Below, piece by piece: positions 17,549-27,151 of a stretch of 64,000 bases of DNA; positions within the stretch are counted from its first letter, which is position 1, and each line of letters starts with the position of its first letter. This stretch comes from Nanobdellota archaeon (GTDB lineage Archaea; Nanobdellota; Nanobdellia; Woesearchaeales; UBA9642): assembly GCA_021813435.1 (NCBI GenBank), contig JAKAKR010000006.1, positions 3,268-67,267 on the forward strand, given 5' to 3'. The notes beneath the pieces are model-generated. The model searched no databases. It was not told the origin of the DNA and saw nothing but the letters and a program-made list of their open reading frames with translations. Position numbers and translations under genes: made by a program.

Positions 17549-17960
17549 GAAGTGTTTTGATAGGGATCATGCCGTATACGGTGATTTCCTCATCTGTCGT
17601 GGGTGGCAGTTCATGCGTTGGAGGCATTCTCAATGTTTTTTTCTTGCTGCTCTTCCGGTATAGTGTAACACCTGCTGCTTTCAATCCGCAGAATGGCGTC
17701 AATGCATCGCCGAGATATTTGCACGATCCGCATTTGCGCGTTGCGCTCTCTTCCCCGAACCCGTCGTAATACATGGCCTTGTTGGTGCATCGGAATGTTC
17801 CCATCGCGCAATCATTTTCAATGACCTCATCAAATGTCAATGTCTCGCCTGATTGATGCTGTCCGATGAATACATCAGGAATAAGTTCTGTACTTTCAGC
17901 AACCCGATAGTATAAGTTTGATTTCACATATTTGATGAGATTGTCTAGGCGGGCGAGCAT
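17535..17960 (-). CDS. Hypothetical Cys-containing protein (141 aa)
   Basis: ORF only. Several Cys (CTNK...CGSCKY...CG). MITE copy B lies 46 bp upstream of its start. Confidence 0.45.
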   Translation of the reverse strand: MLARLDNLIKYVKSNLYYRVAESTELIPDVFIGQHQSGETLTFDEVIENDCAMGTFRCTNKAMYYDGFGEESATRKCGSCKYLGDALTPFCGLKAAGVTLYRKSSKKKTLRMPPTHELPPTTDEEITVYGMIPIKTLLTLL

Positions 17961-18006
17961 GGATGAGAGGAATGTCTCTTATTTTAAAAAAGTATTGTCT
18001 TAGTGC

Positions 18007-18150
18007 GGCTCCTTTCAAAATCTCGTCTTCGACTCGACTTTTTTTGCCGCTCACATCGCAATAATGTATCATTGTGTGACGAGCTATTTGCAATCGCCAT
18101 AGTCATTTGAGTGTTCGCAAGGCAATAAAAGAGACTTTTTGAAAGGAGCC
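18007..18150. mobile_element. MITE copy B (144 bp). Perfect 14-bp terminal inverted repeats ggctcctttcaaaa / ttttgaaaggagcc. 10-bp target-site duplication gtcttagtgc.
   Basis: Target-site duplications at 17997-18006 and 18151-18160. Differs from copy A at 2 positions only. Confidence 0.85.
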
Positions 18151-18372
18151 GTCTTAGTGCTTATCATCGGGCAGGACACCTCATCAAATAAACCCTGCGA
18201 TAAATAGACGCTACTATATATTGTGTGTATGTAATAAAAGACACTATATCTTGCTGTCGCAAAACGTCTGTTTCAGCGTTTTTCTGAATGCTTCAGGATT
18301 TTTTCGTAAAGAATGATTATATCCCTGAAACACTTTTCTCTGTATTAATTACGGCTATGCGGAGGCGATATC

Positions 18373-18852
18373 ATGACGACTATGCAATCAAAAAGGGATT
18401 ATGTGCTCATGTCTTATTTCAGGAATAACTCCCGCGAAAACCTGACCAAGATCAGCCGCCAGACCCACATCCCGATCAGTACGATCTTTGACAAGTTGCG
18501 GCAGTTCGAGGAGTCACTGATCAAAAAGCACACTACGCTTGTCGATTTCAAACAGATCGGCTTTGACATCAGGGTCAATATCCTCTTTAAGGTTGCAAAG
18601 GATTCCCGTGATGAGTTCCGCGAATTCCTCATGAAAAGCTTCAATATCAATTCAATCTTTCGCGTCAATAACGGATTCGACTATCTTGTCGAGGCGATAT
18701 TTCGGGACATGAGCGATCTCAATAGATTCCTCGAGCAGCTTGAGGCATTCCATATCGAGAACCGCCAGGAACTTTTTGTCCTCGAGGATATCAAGCGCGA
18801 ATGCTTCCTCTCTGACACACTGCATGCAGAGATGCTTGCGGCAAACCGGTGA
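18373..18852 (+). CDS. Lrp/AsnC-family transcriptional regulator
   Basis: N-terminal HTH (SRENLTKISRQTHIPISTIFDKLRQFEE) plus C-terminal RAM domain. Shine-Dalgarno ggaggcga upstream. Confidence 0.75.
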   Translation: MTTMQSKRDYVLMSYFRNNSRENLTKISRQTHIPISTIFDKLRQFEESLIKKHTTLVDFKQIGFDIRVNILFKVAKDSRDEFREFLMKSFNINSIFRVNNGFDYLVEAIFRDMSDLNRFLEQLEAFHIENRQELFVLEDIKRECFLSDTLHAEMLAANR

Positions 18853-18856
18853 GACC

Positions 18857-19147
18857 ATGTTTGAACACGGAAAAGATTATCTGGAACCTGCAGAAGTGGA
18901 ATTTATTGATGAATACTTCACGCAGGCAGCTGCAGAGATAGAGCTGGGCGCAGATGATTTAGGCTATGCAAGTCTTATCCGCGAGCCAATGGTCGCTGAT
19001 AGGATACAGTTCGCAATAGATAAATCGTGTCGCAGTAATGATTTTTATCGTCTCGGTGCAAAAGCAGACCGCCTGCACAATCTGCTCGCCACTGATCCCT
19101 TATACCAGCGATGGAGTGATACCTATGCAACCAATCAAAATAATTGA
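18857..19147 (+). CDS. Hypothetical protein (96 aa)
   Basis: In-frame ATG 18857 directly after the lrp stop (MFEHGKDYLEPAEVEF...). No recognisable motif. Confidence 0.35.
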   Translation: MFEHGKDYLEPAEVEFIDEYFTQAAAEIELGADDLGYASLIREPMVADRIQFAIDKSCRSNDFYRLGAKADRLHNLLATDPLYQRWSDTYATNQNN

Positions 19148-19320
19148 CGATACACCAGTCACGCTCTGCGAGCTTGATGGATGCGAAGATGCGCAAAATC
19201 TTATTCTTTCCTGCGCAGAGATAGATCTTATCGACTGTTCGGTGGAATTGAACAAGCGACTGATATAATACATAGAGAATGACAATAGAAAAAGTATAAA
19301 TAAAAAATTCTCCTCTTATC

Positions 19321-19563
19321 TTATTGCCTTTGCATTGCTGATGCGACCATGGATCCTGCAGATATCAATGCTGCGGCGATGACCATGTAGCTGCCGCTGA
19401 TCTGCCCGCTCTTCCACAGGTCCGGAAGGATGAATGATGCGCCGACTTTCACAATCCAGAGCGTGAACATAAAATACAAGAGGCCCATGATGATGAGAAA
19501 GAACGATGCAATGATCGTCACAAACATTGTCTTGACTCCAAATCCGATTGCCATGAGTATCAC
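19321..19563 (-). CDS. Small two-TM membrane protein
   Basis: 80 aa, two hydrophobic helices. TTTATAAAGTTT at 19599-19610 upstream. Confidence 0.45.
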   Translation of the reverse strand: MILMAIGFGVKTMFVTIIASFFLIIMGLLYFMFTLWIVKVGASFILPDLWKSGQISGSYMVIAAALISAGSMVASAMQRQ

Positions 19564-19714
19564 CTTTGAATGTTTATAAGAAAAAGAATTGGCAGGGATT
19601 TATAAAGTTTTTCAGTAATCACTATTAAATTGCCGGGATTTGTTCTTAATAATAAATCACCGGGAATCCCGGTAAAATAACAATATTTATAAATATACAC
19701 GCATTTCTCTAACT

Positions 19715-20680
19715 ATGAAGATACATCTTCCTAATAGTGCATTTTTAGGGAATATTGATCCGTTTTTGCAGTCCATAGATATATCTGATTCCTCAAAACT
19801 AGAAATAACTACAAACAAGAAATGGATTTCTATACACCCAGTTGTTTTATCTATGGTTGCCGCCAGGGGATTGACTTTTCAGAATACTAATATATACTGT
19901 GAGCAACTTGAAGCAACATCAAAGCACTATTTGGCGAGAATGGGTTTATTTAAACTTCTTAACATCACAACGACGATTCACATCACTGAGCATGAATCAG
20001 CAGGGCGATTTATACCACTCACGCAAATAAAAAATTCTGCTGATTTAACAAAATTTATTACAGAAATTATCCCATTATTACATCTCGATCCAAAACAATC
20101 TGAACCAATAAAGTATATTGTGAGTGAACTCGTTCGTAATGTTCTTGAACACTCTGGCTCTCAACACGGAGCAATTGTGTGTGCGCAGTATTACAAAAAA
20201 AGTAATACGATACGAATAGGAATAGCAGATACTGGAGTGGGTATTACGCGAACAATAACCACATCCCATGCTGCAAATTCAGATCTCGATGCAATACGTC
20301 TTGCATTAACTCCCGGAGTTACTGGAACAACACGAAGAGAGGGAGGAACTGAGTATAATGCAGGGGCAGGTTTATTTTTTATCAAATCAATCGCAAAAAT
20401 AAACCGGGATTTTTTTATGATATATAGTGGAGATGCACTCTATAAACTATTAAAGAGCGTCGGTAATGCTGCACATATTCGATTGTATTCTGACCCCTTT
20501 GAAGATCGACACTCCAAAAAAGAAAACTTGCCTTATTGGCAGGGAACGGCTGTTGGGATTGATATATCATTAGATGCGACACGGGAATTTTCGCAATTAT
20601 TAGACGCAATTAGAGAAATCTATTTAAAGACAGTAAAAGAACGTAAAAAAGAAAGATATCGAAGACCCCGGTTCATATGA
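19715..20680 (+). CDS. GHKL-superfamily ATPase (HATPase_c, anti-sigma-factor-kinase-like) with about 130-aa unknown N-terminal region
   Basis: N box IVSELVRNVLEHSG, G1 IGIADTGVGI, G2 GAGLFFIKSIA. Leaderless-type TATA tatttataaatata 20-30 bp upstream. AT-rich. Confidence 0.7.
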   Translation: MKIHLPNSAFLGNIDPFLQSIDISDSSKLEITTNKKWISIHPVVLSMVAARGLTFQNTNIYCEQLEATSKHYLARMGLFKLLNITTTIHITEHESAGRFIPLTQIKNSADLTKFITEIIPLLHLDPKQSEPIKYIVSELVRNVLEHSGSQHGAIVCAQYYKKSNTIRIGIADTGVGITRTITTSHAANSDLDAIRLALTPGVTGTTRREGGTEYNAGAGLFFIKSIAKINRDFFMIYSGDALYKLLKSVGNAAHIRLYSDPFEDRHSKKENLPYWQGTAVGIDISLDATREFSQLLDAIREIYLKTVKERKKERYRRPRFI

Positions 20681-20967
20681 AAGAGATAATGCTCAAAAAT
20701 GTTGTCGGATCCTTTGCAGAAGATAAAGATTTGGCACGAGAAATACGAACAAAAGAGATTGTTCCTGCTCTCGATGCTGGCGAAGAGGTTACTCTTGATT
20801 TTGTTGATGTCGATGCTGCGACCCAATCTTTTATTCATGCATTAATTAGTGACATCATAAGAAAGAGGGGTATAGAATCATTAGATAGTATCTATTTTAA
20901 GAATTGCAATACTGTGGTGAAAAAAATCATTTCTATTGTTACTGATTACATGCAGGAGTCTGCATAA
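20677..20967 (+). CDS. STAS-like domain protein (DUF4325-like)
   Basis: 96 aa. EEVTLDFVDVDAATQSFIHALISDII fits the STAS-like DUF4325 pattern (lDF.gV..is.sF.de). 4-bp ATGA overlap with the GHKL gene. Confidence 0.55.
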   Translation: MKEIMLKNVVGSFAEDKDLAREIRTKEIVPALDAGEEVTLDFVDVDAATQSFIHALISDIIRKRGIESLDSIYFKNCNTVVKKIISIVTDYMQESA

Positions 20968-20974
20968 TCGTACG

Positions 20975-21988
20975 TTAAATCCATCCCTTCTTATGGAATA
21001 ATCCGTAAGTGATTCCTGCAGTCAGGATCATCGCAATCCACATGTAGAGATAACCGTACTGCCAGGTGATCTCCGGGAGATAATGGAAGTTTGAGCCGTA
21101 GATTCCTGCGATGAGTGTCGGGACCATGATGATGATTGTGAGCGCAGCCATCTTCTTCATGACAACATTCAATTCATTGGATATGACTGCAAGGCGATTG
21201 CTCACGTTTGTCGTGAATATCTCAAGATAATCAGTCACTGTCTCTTTTTGCGTCTCAATCAGGTCAATCTGGTGCAATAATGTGTCATAGATGTCATCAA
21301 GCAGTGAGAGTTCTTCATGTGTCAATTTGAGCGATGTCAGGTCTTTCTTGATTGTGAAGATAACTTTTGAGGATGCCCAGAGCCTTTTGTTCATGCGGAT
21401 CAATTCTTTTTTGATATTCATGATCTCCTTGAGAAGCAGGGTATCTGCCTGCTTGTTCTCAATGATGCGCTGCTCGAGTGCGGTGATCTTATCATCCATG
21501 CGTTCAAGCACATCATAATTCTCTGTTGCATCCTGATGCAGGAATTCATAGAGGAGGAATGCCTCTGACTTGAGCCGGCGCTTGATGACATTGTCCTTGA
21601 CCCTGTTGAAGAGTTCCTGGAAATATTTCGATTCATCGGCAACGACAAGCAGGACCACATTCTCCTTGATGGCAAAGAGCAGTCGCGCCATCCGGATGAG
21701 ATTTGCATTATCCATATAATAATCAGTATAGCTGAAGACCAATGGGTTGAATGAGTACCGCAGTGAGCGCGTATCATTCCTGAATTTTGAGAAATATTTT
21801 TCCTCGACTGAAAAATCCCTGCTGATCTCCTTGATCTCTTCAGATGAAGGGTTCTGGACAAACATGCACAATAATTCCTTTTTCGGGAATGTCTTTGGAT
21901 TGAGTTTATGTTTCTGCAATGCCTTGGCATAATCCATCCCGCTGCCGGAGATGTATTTGCTCTTATGCGTATACAGATACTCAATCAT
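20975..21988 (-). CDS. CorA-family divalent metal ion transporter
   Basis: Two C-terminal TM helices with a YGSNF variant of the GMN motif. Cytoplasmic coiled N-domain. Confidence 0.8.
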   Translation of the reverse strand: MIEYLYTHKSKYISGSGMDYAKALQKHKLNPKTFPKKELLCMFVQNPSSEEIKEISRDFSVEEKYFSKFRNDTRSLRYSFNPLVFSYTDYYMDNANLIRMARLLFAIKENVVLLVVADESKYFQELFNRVKDNVIKRRLKSEAFLLYEFLHQDATENYDVLERMDDKITALEQRIIENKQADTLLLKEIMNIKKELIRMNKRLWASSKVIFTIKKDLTSLKLTHEELSLLDDIYDTLLHQIDLIETQKETVTDYLEIFTTNVSNRLAVISNELNVVMKKMAALTIIIMVPTLIAGIYGSNFHYLPEITWQYGYLYMWIAMILTAGITYGLFHKKGWI

Positions 21989-22084
21989 GCCTCAATTCAG
22001 GCTCGAGGATATTTAAAGGTTTGTAATCATTGGAGAAACGGGACGAAAACAACTATTTTTAAACAATAGCGTATTTCGGCGGTT

Positions 22085-22342
22085 ATGCTGGCTTCGTCAC
22101 CTGAAAAAATATTTCGTGCAATTAATGCACTTGAATTAGAGAGCATGCTTTGTATTAATAATTTGCAGATTGAGGGTCTGAGTGTTGCAAAAGAGTATAA
22201 GATGGATTTCTGTGTTGATGGTTGGTGGGAAGAGATCCTGACAGGATATGCTGAATTATATAATCGTCGAGGAAGATATTTAGTCGCATATAAAAATTAT
22301 CAAAACACCCCGCAAGTCACAGACAAAGGCAGTATATGGTAG
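22085..22342 (+). CDS. Hypothetical protein (85 aa)
   Basis: ORF only. Confidence 0.3.
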   Translation: MLASSPEKIFRAINALELESMLCINNLQIEGLSVAKEYKMDFCVDGWWEEILTGYAELYNRRGRYLVAYKNYQNTPQVTDKGSIW

Positions 22343-22459
22343 ATCACTGAACCGCTAAGAGACTATGTTGAACTCTTAAGGCTGTCTGGTACAAAAATAT
22401 AATTAGTGGTTATTACTATTTTTCTTAAAACTTATAAATCCGCCCACTTTTATGCATTC

Positions 22460-23818
22460 ATGCAGATCGCTGATTTTCATTTGCACTCAAAATACAGCCG
22501 TGCCTGCTCGAAGGATCTGGATATCAAGAATCTTGAGAAATGGGGCAGGATCAAGGGCATTGATATCTTGGGGACAGCGGATTATACGCATCCGAAATGG
22601 ATTGTTGAACTCAAGTCAAATCTTAAGGAAGACCCGGAAGAAAAAGGCATCTATGTCAGTGCGGGCGGGCAGCAATTCATCCTCTCGACTGAAATATCGC
22701 TCATCTATTCTGAAGGCGGTAAGGGACGCAGGATCCATAATGTTGTTCTTGCACCGAATTTCGAAGTGGTCGATCAGATCACCGAATACCTTCTCACGAA
22801 AGGCAGAATAGATTATGATGGGCGACCTATTTTTAAGATTCCATGCGACGAATTCACGTATGAATTAAAAAAGATCAGCGAGGAGATTGAAATCATCCCC
22901 GCGCATTGTTTGACCCCATGGTTCTCAATCTTTGGTTCAAGTTCAGGATATAATACCGTCAAGGACTGTTTCAAGGACCAGACTAAACACATCCATGCCC
23001 TGGAGACTGGGATGTCTGCGGATCCGGCAATGATCTATCGTGTTGCAGACTGGAGGCAGTACGCGCTTGTCTCAAATTCTGACAGCCACTCATTCTGGCC
23101 CTGGAGGATCGGGCGCGAGGCAACACTTTTTGACATGAAAAAGATCTCCTATCATAATATGATTGCTGCAATCCGCAATAAGGAGCTTTCCGGAACAGTC
23201 GAGGTCGATCCCAGCTATGGGAAGTATCATTATACCGGGCATCGCAAATGCCATTATGTGACTGATCCTGCTGCGGGAATGAAGATCGGTAATATCTGTC
23301 CAGTCTGCCATTCAAAATTGACTGTTGGCGTCCAGGCGCGTGTCGAGGAACTTGCAGACAAGCCTGAGGGATATTATCCGGAATGGGCGCCGCCGTTCTA
23401 TTCGCTGGTTCCCCTAAGCGATCTCATCTCTGGATTCTACAAATATCCTGTAGCAAGCAAAAAGACCTGGGCAGTCTATAACGAACTGGTCAAGAACGGC
23501 ACGACTGAATTTGGCATCCTTCTCAGAAAACCGCAGGATGAATTGAACAAACTTGTGGATCCAAAACTTGCAGCAATCATCATGAAGAATCGCGAGGGAA
23601 AAATCAAGGTCAAGCCAGGATTTGATGGGGTCTATGGGATCCCGCTCATCCACGGTGATGAGGAGTATGATTTTGATGTTGCAGGTGGTGATGACGAAGA
23701 GAAACCGAAAAAGGAAAAGCCAGTAAAAGAACTAAAAGTCAAGGGCGCAAAATCTGCAAAGCCCATCTCCACTGCAAAGATTGCAGCAAACCAGGCAGCA
23801 CTCGATAAATTCTTCTAG
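22460..23818 (+). CDS. endoQ: Endonuclease Q (PHP-domain, deaminated-base-specific endonuclease) with Zn finger and Lys-rich C-terminal tail
   Basis: N-terminal ADFHLHSKYSRACS PHP motif characteristic of EndoQ. CPVCHSK Zn-finger segment. KPKKEKPVKELKVKGAK tail. TATA about 28 bp upstream of ATG 22460. Confidence 0.75.
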   Translation: MQIADFHLHSKYSRACSKDLDIKNLEKWGRIKGIDILGTADYTHPKWIVELKSNLKEDPEEKGIYVSAGGQQFILSTEISLIYSEGGKGRRIHNVVLAPNFEVVDQITEYLLTKGRIDYDGRPIFKIPCDEFTYELKKISEEIEIIPAHCLTPWFSIFGSSSGYNTVKDCFKDQTKHIHALETGMSADPAMIYRVADWRQYALVSNSDSHSFWPWRIGREATLFDMKKISYHNMIAAIRNKELSGTVEVDPSYGKYHYTGHRKCHYVTDPAAGMKIGNICPVCHSKLTVGVQARVEELADKPEGYYPEWAPPFYSLVPLSDLISGFYKYPVASKKTWAVYNELVKNGTTEFGILLRKPQDELNKLVDPKLAAIIMKNREGKIKVKPGFDGVYGIPLIHGDEEYDFDVAGGDDEEKPKKEKPVKELKVKGAKSAKPISTAKIAANQAALDKFF

Positions 23819-23900
23819 TCGTAAAAATTCTATCCTTTTTTTGGGATAACGCAGAAATAAGAGAAAGAAAAAAAGAAAATAAAAAAATGGTTTGATGCGT

Positions 23901-25145
23901 TTATTGTGTTGGCCAGACGAACTCGGGCGGCCTGTTCTTGTCAAAGACTGTCACATAGACATCCTGGGACACACTGTATTGTCCGTCGGAGGCTGTAACA
24001 GTGACTTTGTATGTTGCATCGCATCCTGGTTTGTCGCAACCATTCGGATAGGCATCATTGTATGTTGTCGTGTATGATGCGCTCTTCATCCATCCAGTGT
24101 ATGTGACAGTGATGGGGTCTCCTTCACGATCAGTCACGTCAGGCTTGATGGTTACAGTGTCTCCTTCATATACTGTGATATTCTGTATTTCCTTCATGAC
24201 TGGCGGAGTATTGGTCATCTTCACTGTGAGAAGGAATGTCTCCTTGGTGGACATGACGCCATCAGTTGCAACAACAGTGACCGGATATGTTCCTGCATCG
24301 CCGATCTTTGTCTTGAAGACGCCATTCTTGTCGAATGGATCAGAGTACTTGATGCTGACCGGGTTATTGTCCGGGTCAAAGACGTCTGGCTTTAATGTGA
24401 CGATATCGCCTTCAGATGCGGTGATGTCCTTGAGGTGCGTCTTGAAGACCGGTGGTCGCGGAACATTCTCAACATGGACAATGATTGTCTTTGTCACGTT
24501 TGAGAATCCATCAGATGCCTTGACATAGACATTGTGGTCTCCGGATGAGTCATAGTTTGTGGTGTAGGAGGGTGAGTTCATCCATCCGCTGTATTCCACG
24601 CTGATAGGATCATTCTCCTTGTCGTAGAATGAGCAGTTGAGATTTACAGTGTCTCCTTCTTTGATATAGATGTCTGCCGGGCAGTCGATGACTGGTGGCT
24701 TGTTGCTGGGGTTGACTACGACGAGTACATCTGCGCTGGTGTTTGCCATGCCGTCAGATGCGGTTACAGTGACGAGGTATTTTCCTGCATCGCCGTCCTT
24801 GGTCTGCCATAATCCATTGCTGTTGAATGGTGTGCTGTACGTGTAAGTGACAGAGTTTCCGTCAGGATCCACTGCCTTGAGTTTGAGTGCGATGAGGTCT
24901 CCTTCAGTGCCGGTGACTTTCATTGCATACGCGGGCTCTGGAGTAGTGCTTGTTGTGGTATTAGTCGTATTCTCTTGTGGTGCTTGAGATTGCGCTTCTG
25001 TTCCGTTGACATATACTGTGGTATTGCCTGATGAAATAACTGCGCCTTGGACTGTGATGTTTGGCGGGCTATTTGTTTTTGGCGCGCAGCCTGCGATTAA
25101 GAGAACAACTATAACTGCACTTAGTAATCCTAACAATCCTTTCAT
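23901..25145 (-). CDS. Cell-surface (lipo)protein with four tandem Ig-like (PKD/cadherin-like) repeats
   Basis: Signal peptide with lipobox-like LLIAGCAP. Thr-rich linker. About 85-aa repeats of the type PPV...EGDTV.L.....D.D.DP..V.Y......SY.T.YD.AG...V.V.ASDG. Confidence 0.75.
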   Translation of the reverse strand: MKGLLGLLSAVIVVLLIAGCAPKTNSPPNITVQGAVISSGNTTVYVNGTEAQSQAPQENTTNTTTSTTPEPAYAMKVTGTEGDLIALKLKAVDPDGNSVTYTYSTPFNSNGLWQTKDGDAGKYLVTVTASDGMANTSADVLVVVNPSNKPPVIDCPADIYIKEGDTVNLNCSFYDKENDPISVEYSGWMNSPSYTTNYDSSGDHNVYVKASDGFSNVTKTIIVHVENVPRPPVFKTHLKDITASEGDIVTLKPDVFDPDNNPVSIKYSDPFDKNGVFKTKIGDAGTYPVTVVATDGVMSTKETFLLTVKMTNTPPVMKEIQNITVYEGDTVTIKPDVTDREGDPITVTYTGWMKSASYTTTYNDAYPNGCDKPGCDATYKVTVTASDGQYSVSQDVYVTVFDKNRPPEFVWPTQ

Positions 25146-25416
25146 GATATACCACCCTTAATAGTTTACAATAATAGTTTACGCTATTTGAAAGAAATTA
25201 AATACAATTACTATTTAAAGTTTTCTATTGAGGAGTGAAAAATATGCGCGGTAATTTACTTTTTTGTATACTCGCCGGAGTAGGGTTATTGATTTTTTAA
25301 TCATCACTTGGTTGTGAAAAAATAAACTCTTTTAGGGTTATGATCATTATTATTTTATCACTTGTATCGAATTATTTTATCGCTCGCATCTATGATTATT
25401 GATCAATTATTATTGA

Positions 25417-26271
25417 TTATTCGAATTCAATGTGAACAAATGCCTTGTCAATATGGTAAATGCCCTCGATTGCTGCCTTGACCGCGTGGTTGGTGGCATG
25501 CATTTCCTCTGCAGAATGATTTTTGCTGATGATGATCTCAACCTCGACATGGATATAATTGCCCACATAATGCGCCTTGACATCCTTGACTTTGTTCACT
25601 CCGGTAACTGCAAGTGCCCTGCGCCGGATTTCAAAGAGTGTCGCATCATCCGGGCTCTTGCCCATAAGATAATCGATGTTGAGCAGTGCCATCTGGTACC
25701 CGCTGTAAAAGATGATTCCTGCAACAATGATTGCGGCAGCATCATCCAAGTAGTACACTTTCAGGCTTGTCCCGACATATCCGATAAGCGCCACTGCAGT
25801 GCACAGGATATCATTGCGAAAATCTATTGCACTTGCCATGAGCGCCGGACTGTCATTGCGCTTGCCGACCTTGCGATAATATTCTGAGATAATGATTTTT
25901 ACGATGATGGCGACAGAAAGGATGATAACTGGTAGTGCAGTCACCGGCGCATGCGCGCTCCCGCCATTGATGAGTCCGACCACTGCTGATCGGAATATCT
26001 CGAATGCAAGAATTCCTGCAAGGATCGCGATGAATAATGCCGCCATGGGCTCAGCGCGCTTATAGCCGAAAGGATATCTTTTGTTTGATTCCTTCTTGGA
26101 GAGTTTGACTGCAATGAATGTTGTTCCAGAGGAGATGATGTCAAGGATGGAATTGATTGCGTCCGAGATGATGGCAATGCTTCCGGTCATGACTGCGGCG
26201 ATGATCTTGATGATTGCAAGAAAGATATTGGTGAATAGACCGATAATAGTCGCTTTTCTCATCTCTTCCAT
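25417..26271 (-). CDS. Cation diffusion facilitator (CDF) family metal efflux transporter
   Basis: Six-TM N-domain with SDAINSILD motif and C-terminal cytoplasmic domain. Confidence 0.85.
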   Translation of the reverse strand: MEEMRKATIIGLFTNIFLAIIKIIAAVMTGSIAIISDAINSILDIISSGTTFIAVKLSKKESNKRYPFGYKRAEPMAALFIAILAGILAFEIFRSAVVGLINGGSAHAPVTALPVIILSVAIIVKIIISEYYRKVGKRNDSPALMASAIDFRNDILCTAVALIGYVGTSLKVYYLDDAAAIIVAGIIFYSGYQMALLNIDYLMGKSPDDATLFEIRRRALAVTGVNKVKDVKAHYVGNYIHVEVEIIISKNHSAEEMHATNHAVKAAIEGIYHIDKAFVHIEFE

Positions 26272-26375
26272 GGTATATATGGGAAATAGGTATTTTATAA
26301 ATGTTGCTTCTTTGCTGTTCTCTGCGGTTCGTTGTTCTTCTCTTTTCCAATAACTATAAAAACCATTGGACGTTT

Positions 26376-26597
26376 ATGCAGGATATGGATTACTCAAAAC
26401 TGATACGGATTGTTGCATTGGTGTCAATTGCCGTGGTTATGGCAAACATCCTCCTGTTTGCATTCCATGTCTACAGCGATACGGCGATGTGGATTGTACT
26501 GGTCATTGCGGCGGTCATTGCCTGGCCTGGCCTGAATTGGCTCAAGAAAAAGGCTGCACTGCAAAAACCCGTCGCCAGTCGGAAGCGCAGGAAATGA
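26376..26597 (+). CDS. Small two-TM membrane protein
   Basis: MQDMDYSKLIRIVALVSIAVVMANILLFAF... Ends with ATGA overlap onto the kinase gene. Confidence 0.35.
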   Translation: MQDMDYSKLIRIVALVSIAVVMANILLFAFHVYSDTAMWIVLVIAAVIAWPGLNWLKKKAALQKPVASRKRRK

Positions 26598-27115
26598 TCA
26601 TCACCGTTACCGGAACTCCGGGTGCAGGAAAGACCTTTGCCGCCAAAAGAATCGCGCGCATCATGCATGCAAGGTACTTTGATCTGAATGCGTTCATCAA
26701 AAAAGAGAGATTATATGACGCGTATAATTCGTCACTGCGAACCTACGATGTCGATACCCGGAAACTCTCACGATTATCCGCAATACTATTTAGCGCATAT
26801 TCCTCGACGGGCAGAAAGCTGCGGCTCAAAAAAAAGGAGTATACACTTCGCGCATTGCTTGCAGAATTATCGCAGCACTCGTGGCATCATACAGAAGCGC
26901 AAGACATCATCATCGACAGCCACCTTAGCCACACGATTGCAAGCGATCTGTGCATTGTCATCCGGCGTGATATTGCGCTGCTTGCAAAAGAATACCGGAA
27001 ACGGAAATATCCTGCGCAAAAAATCCGGGACAATCTTGAAAGCGAGATATTCCAGATATGCCTTGACGAGGCAAGGACAGTGCAGCGCAATGTGATTGTG
27101 GCGCATAACCCGTAA
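26594..27115 (+). CDS. Adenylate kinase isoenzyme 6 / Fap7-like P-loop kinase (archaeal/eukaryotic type)
   Basis: MIITVTGTPGAGKTF at N-terminus, about 173 aa. In-frame start inside the longer track ORF 26366..27115. Confidence 0.65.
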   Translation: MIITVTGTPGAGKTFAAKRIARIMHARYFDLNAFIKKERLYDAYNSSLRTYDVDTRKLSRLSAILFSAYSSTGRKLRLKKKEYTLRALLAELSQHSWHHTEAQDIIIDSHLSHTIASDLCIVIRRDIALLAKEYRKRKYPAQKIRDNLESEIFQICLDEARTVQRNVIVAHNP

Positions 27116-27151
27116 CTTTGCGTCTATGAACTTGACGCGTACAATACAACT

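Noticed and set aside
21418-21984. 188-aa minus-strand ORF inside corA
   Set aside because: Alternative frame of the CorA gene. CorA motifs are in the other frame.
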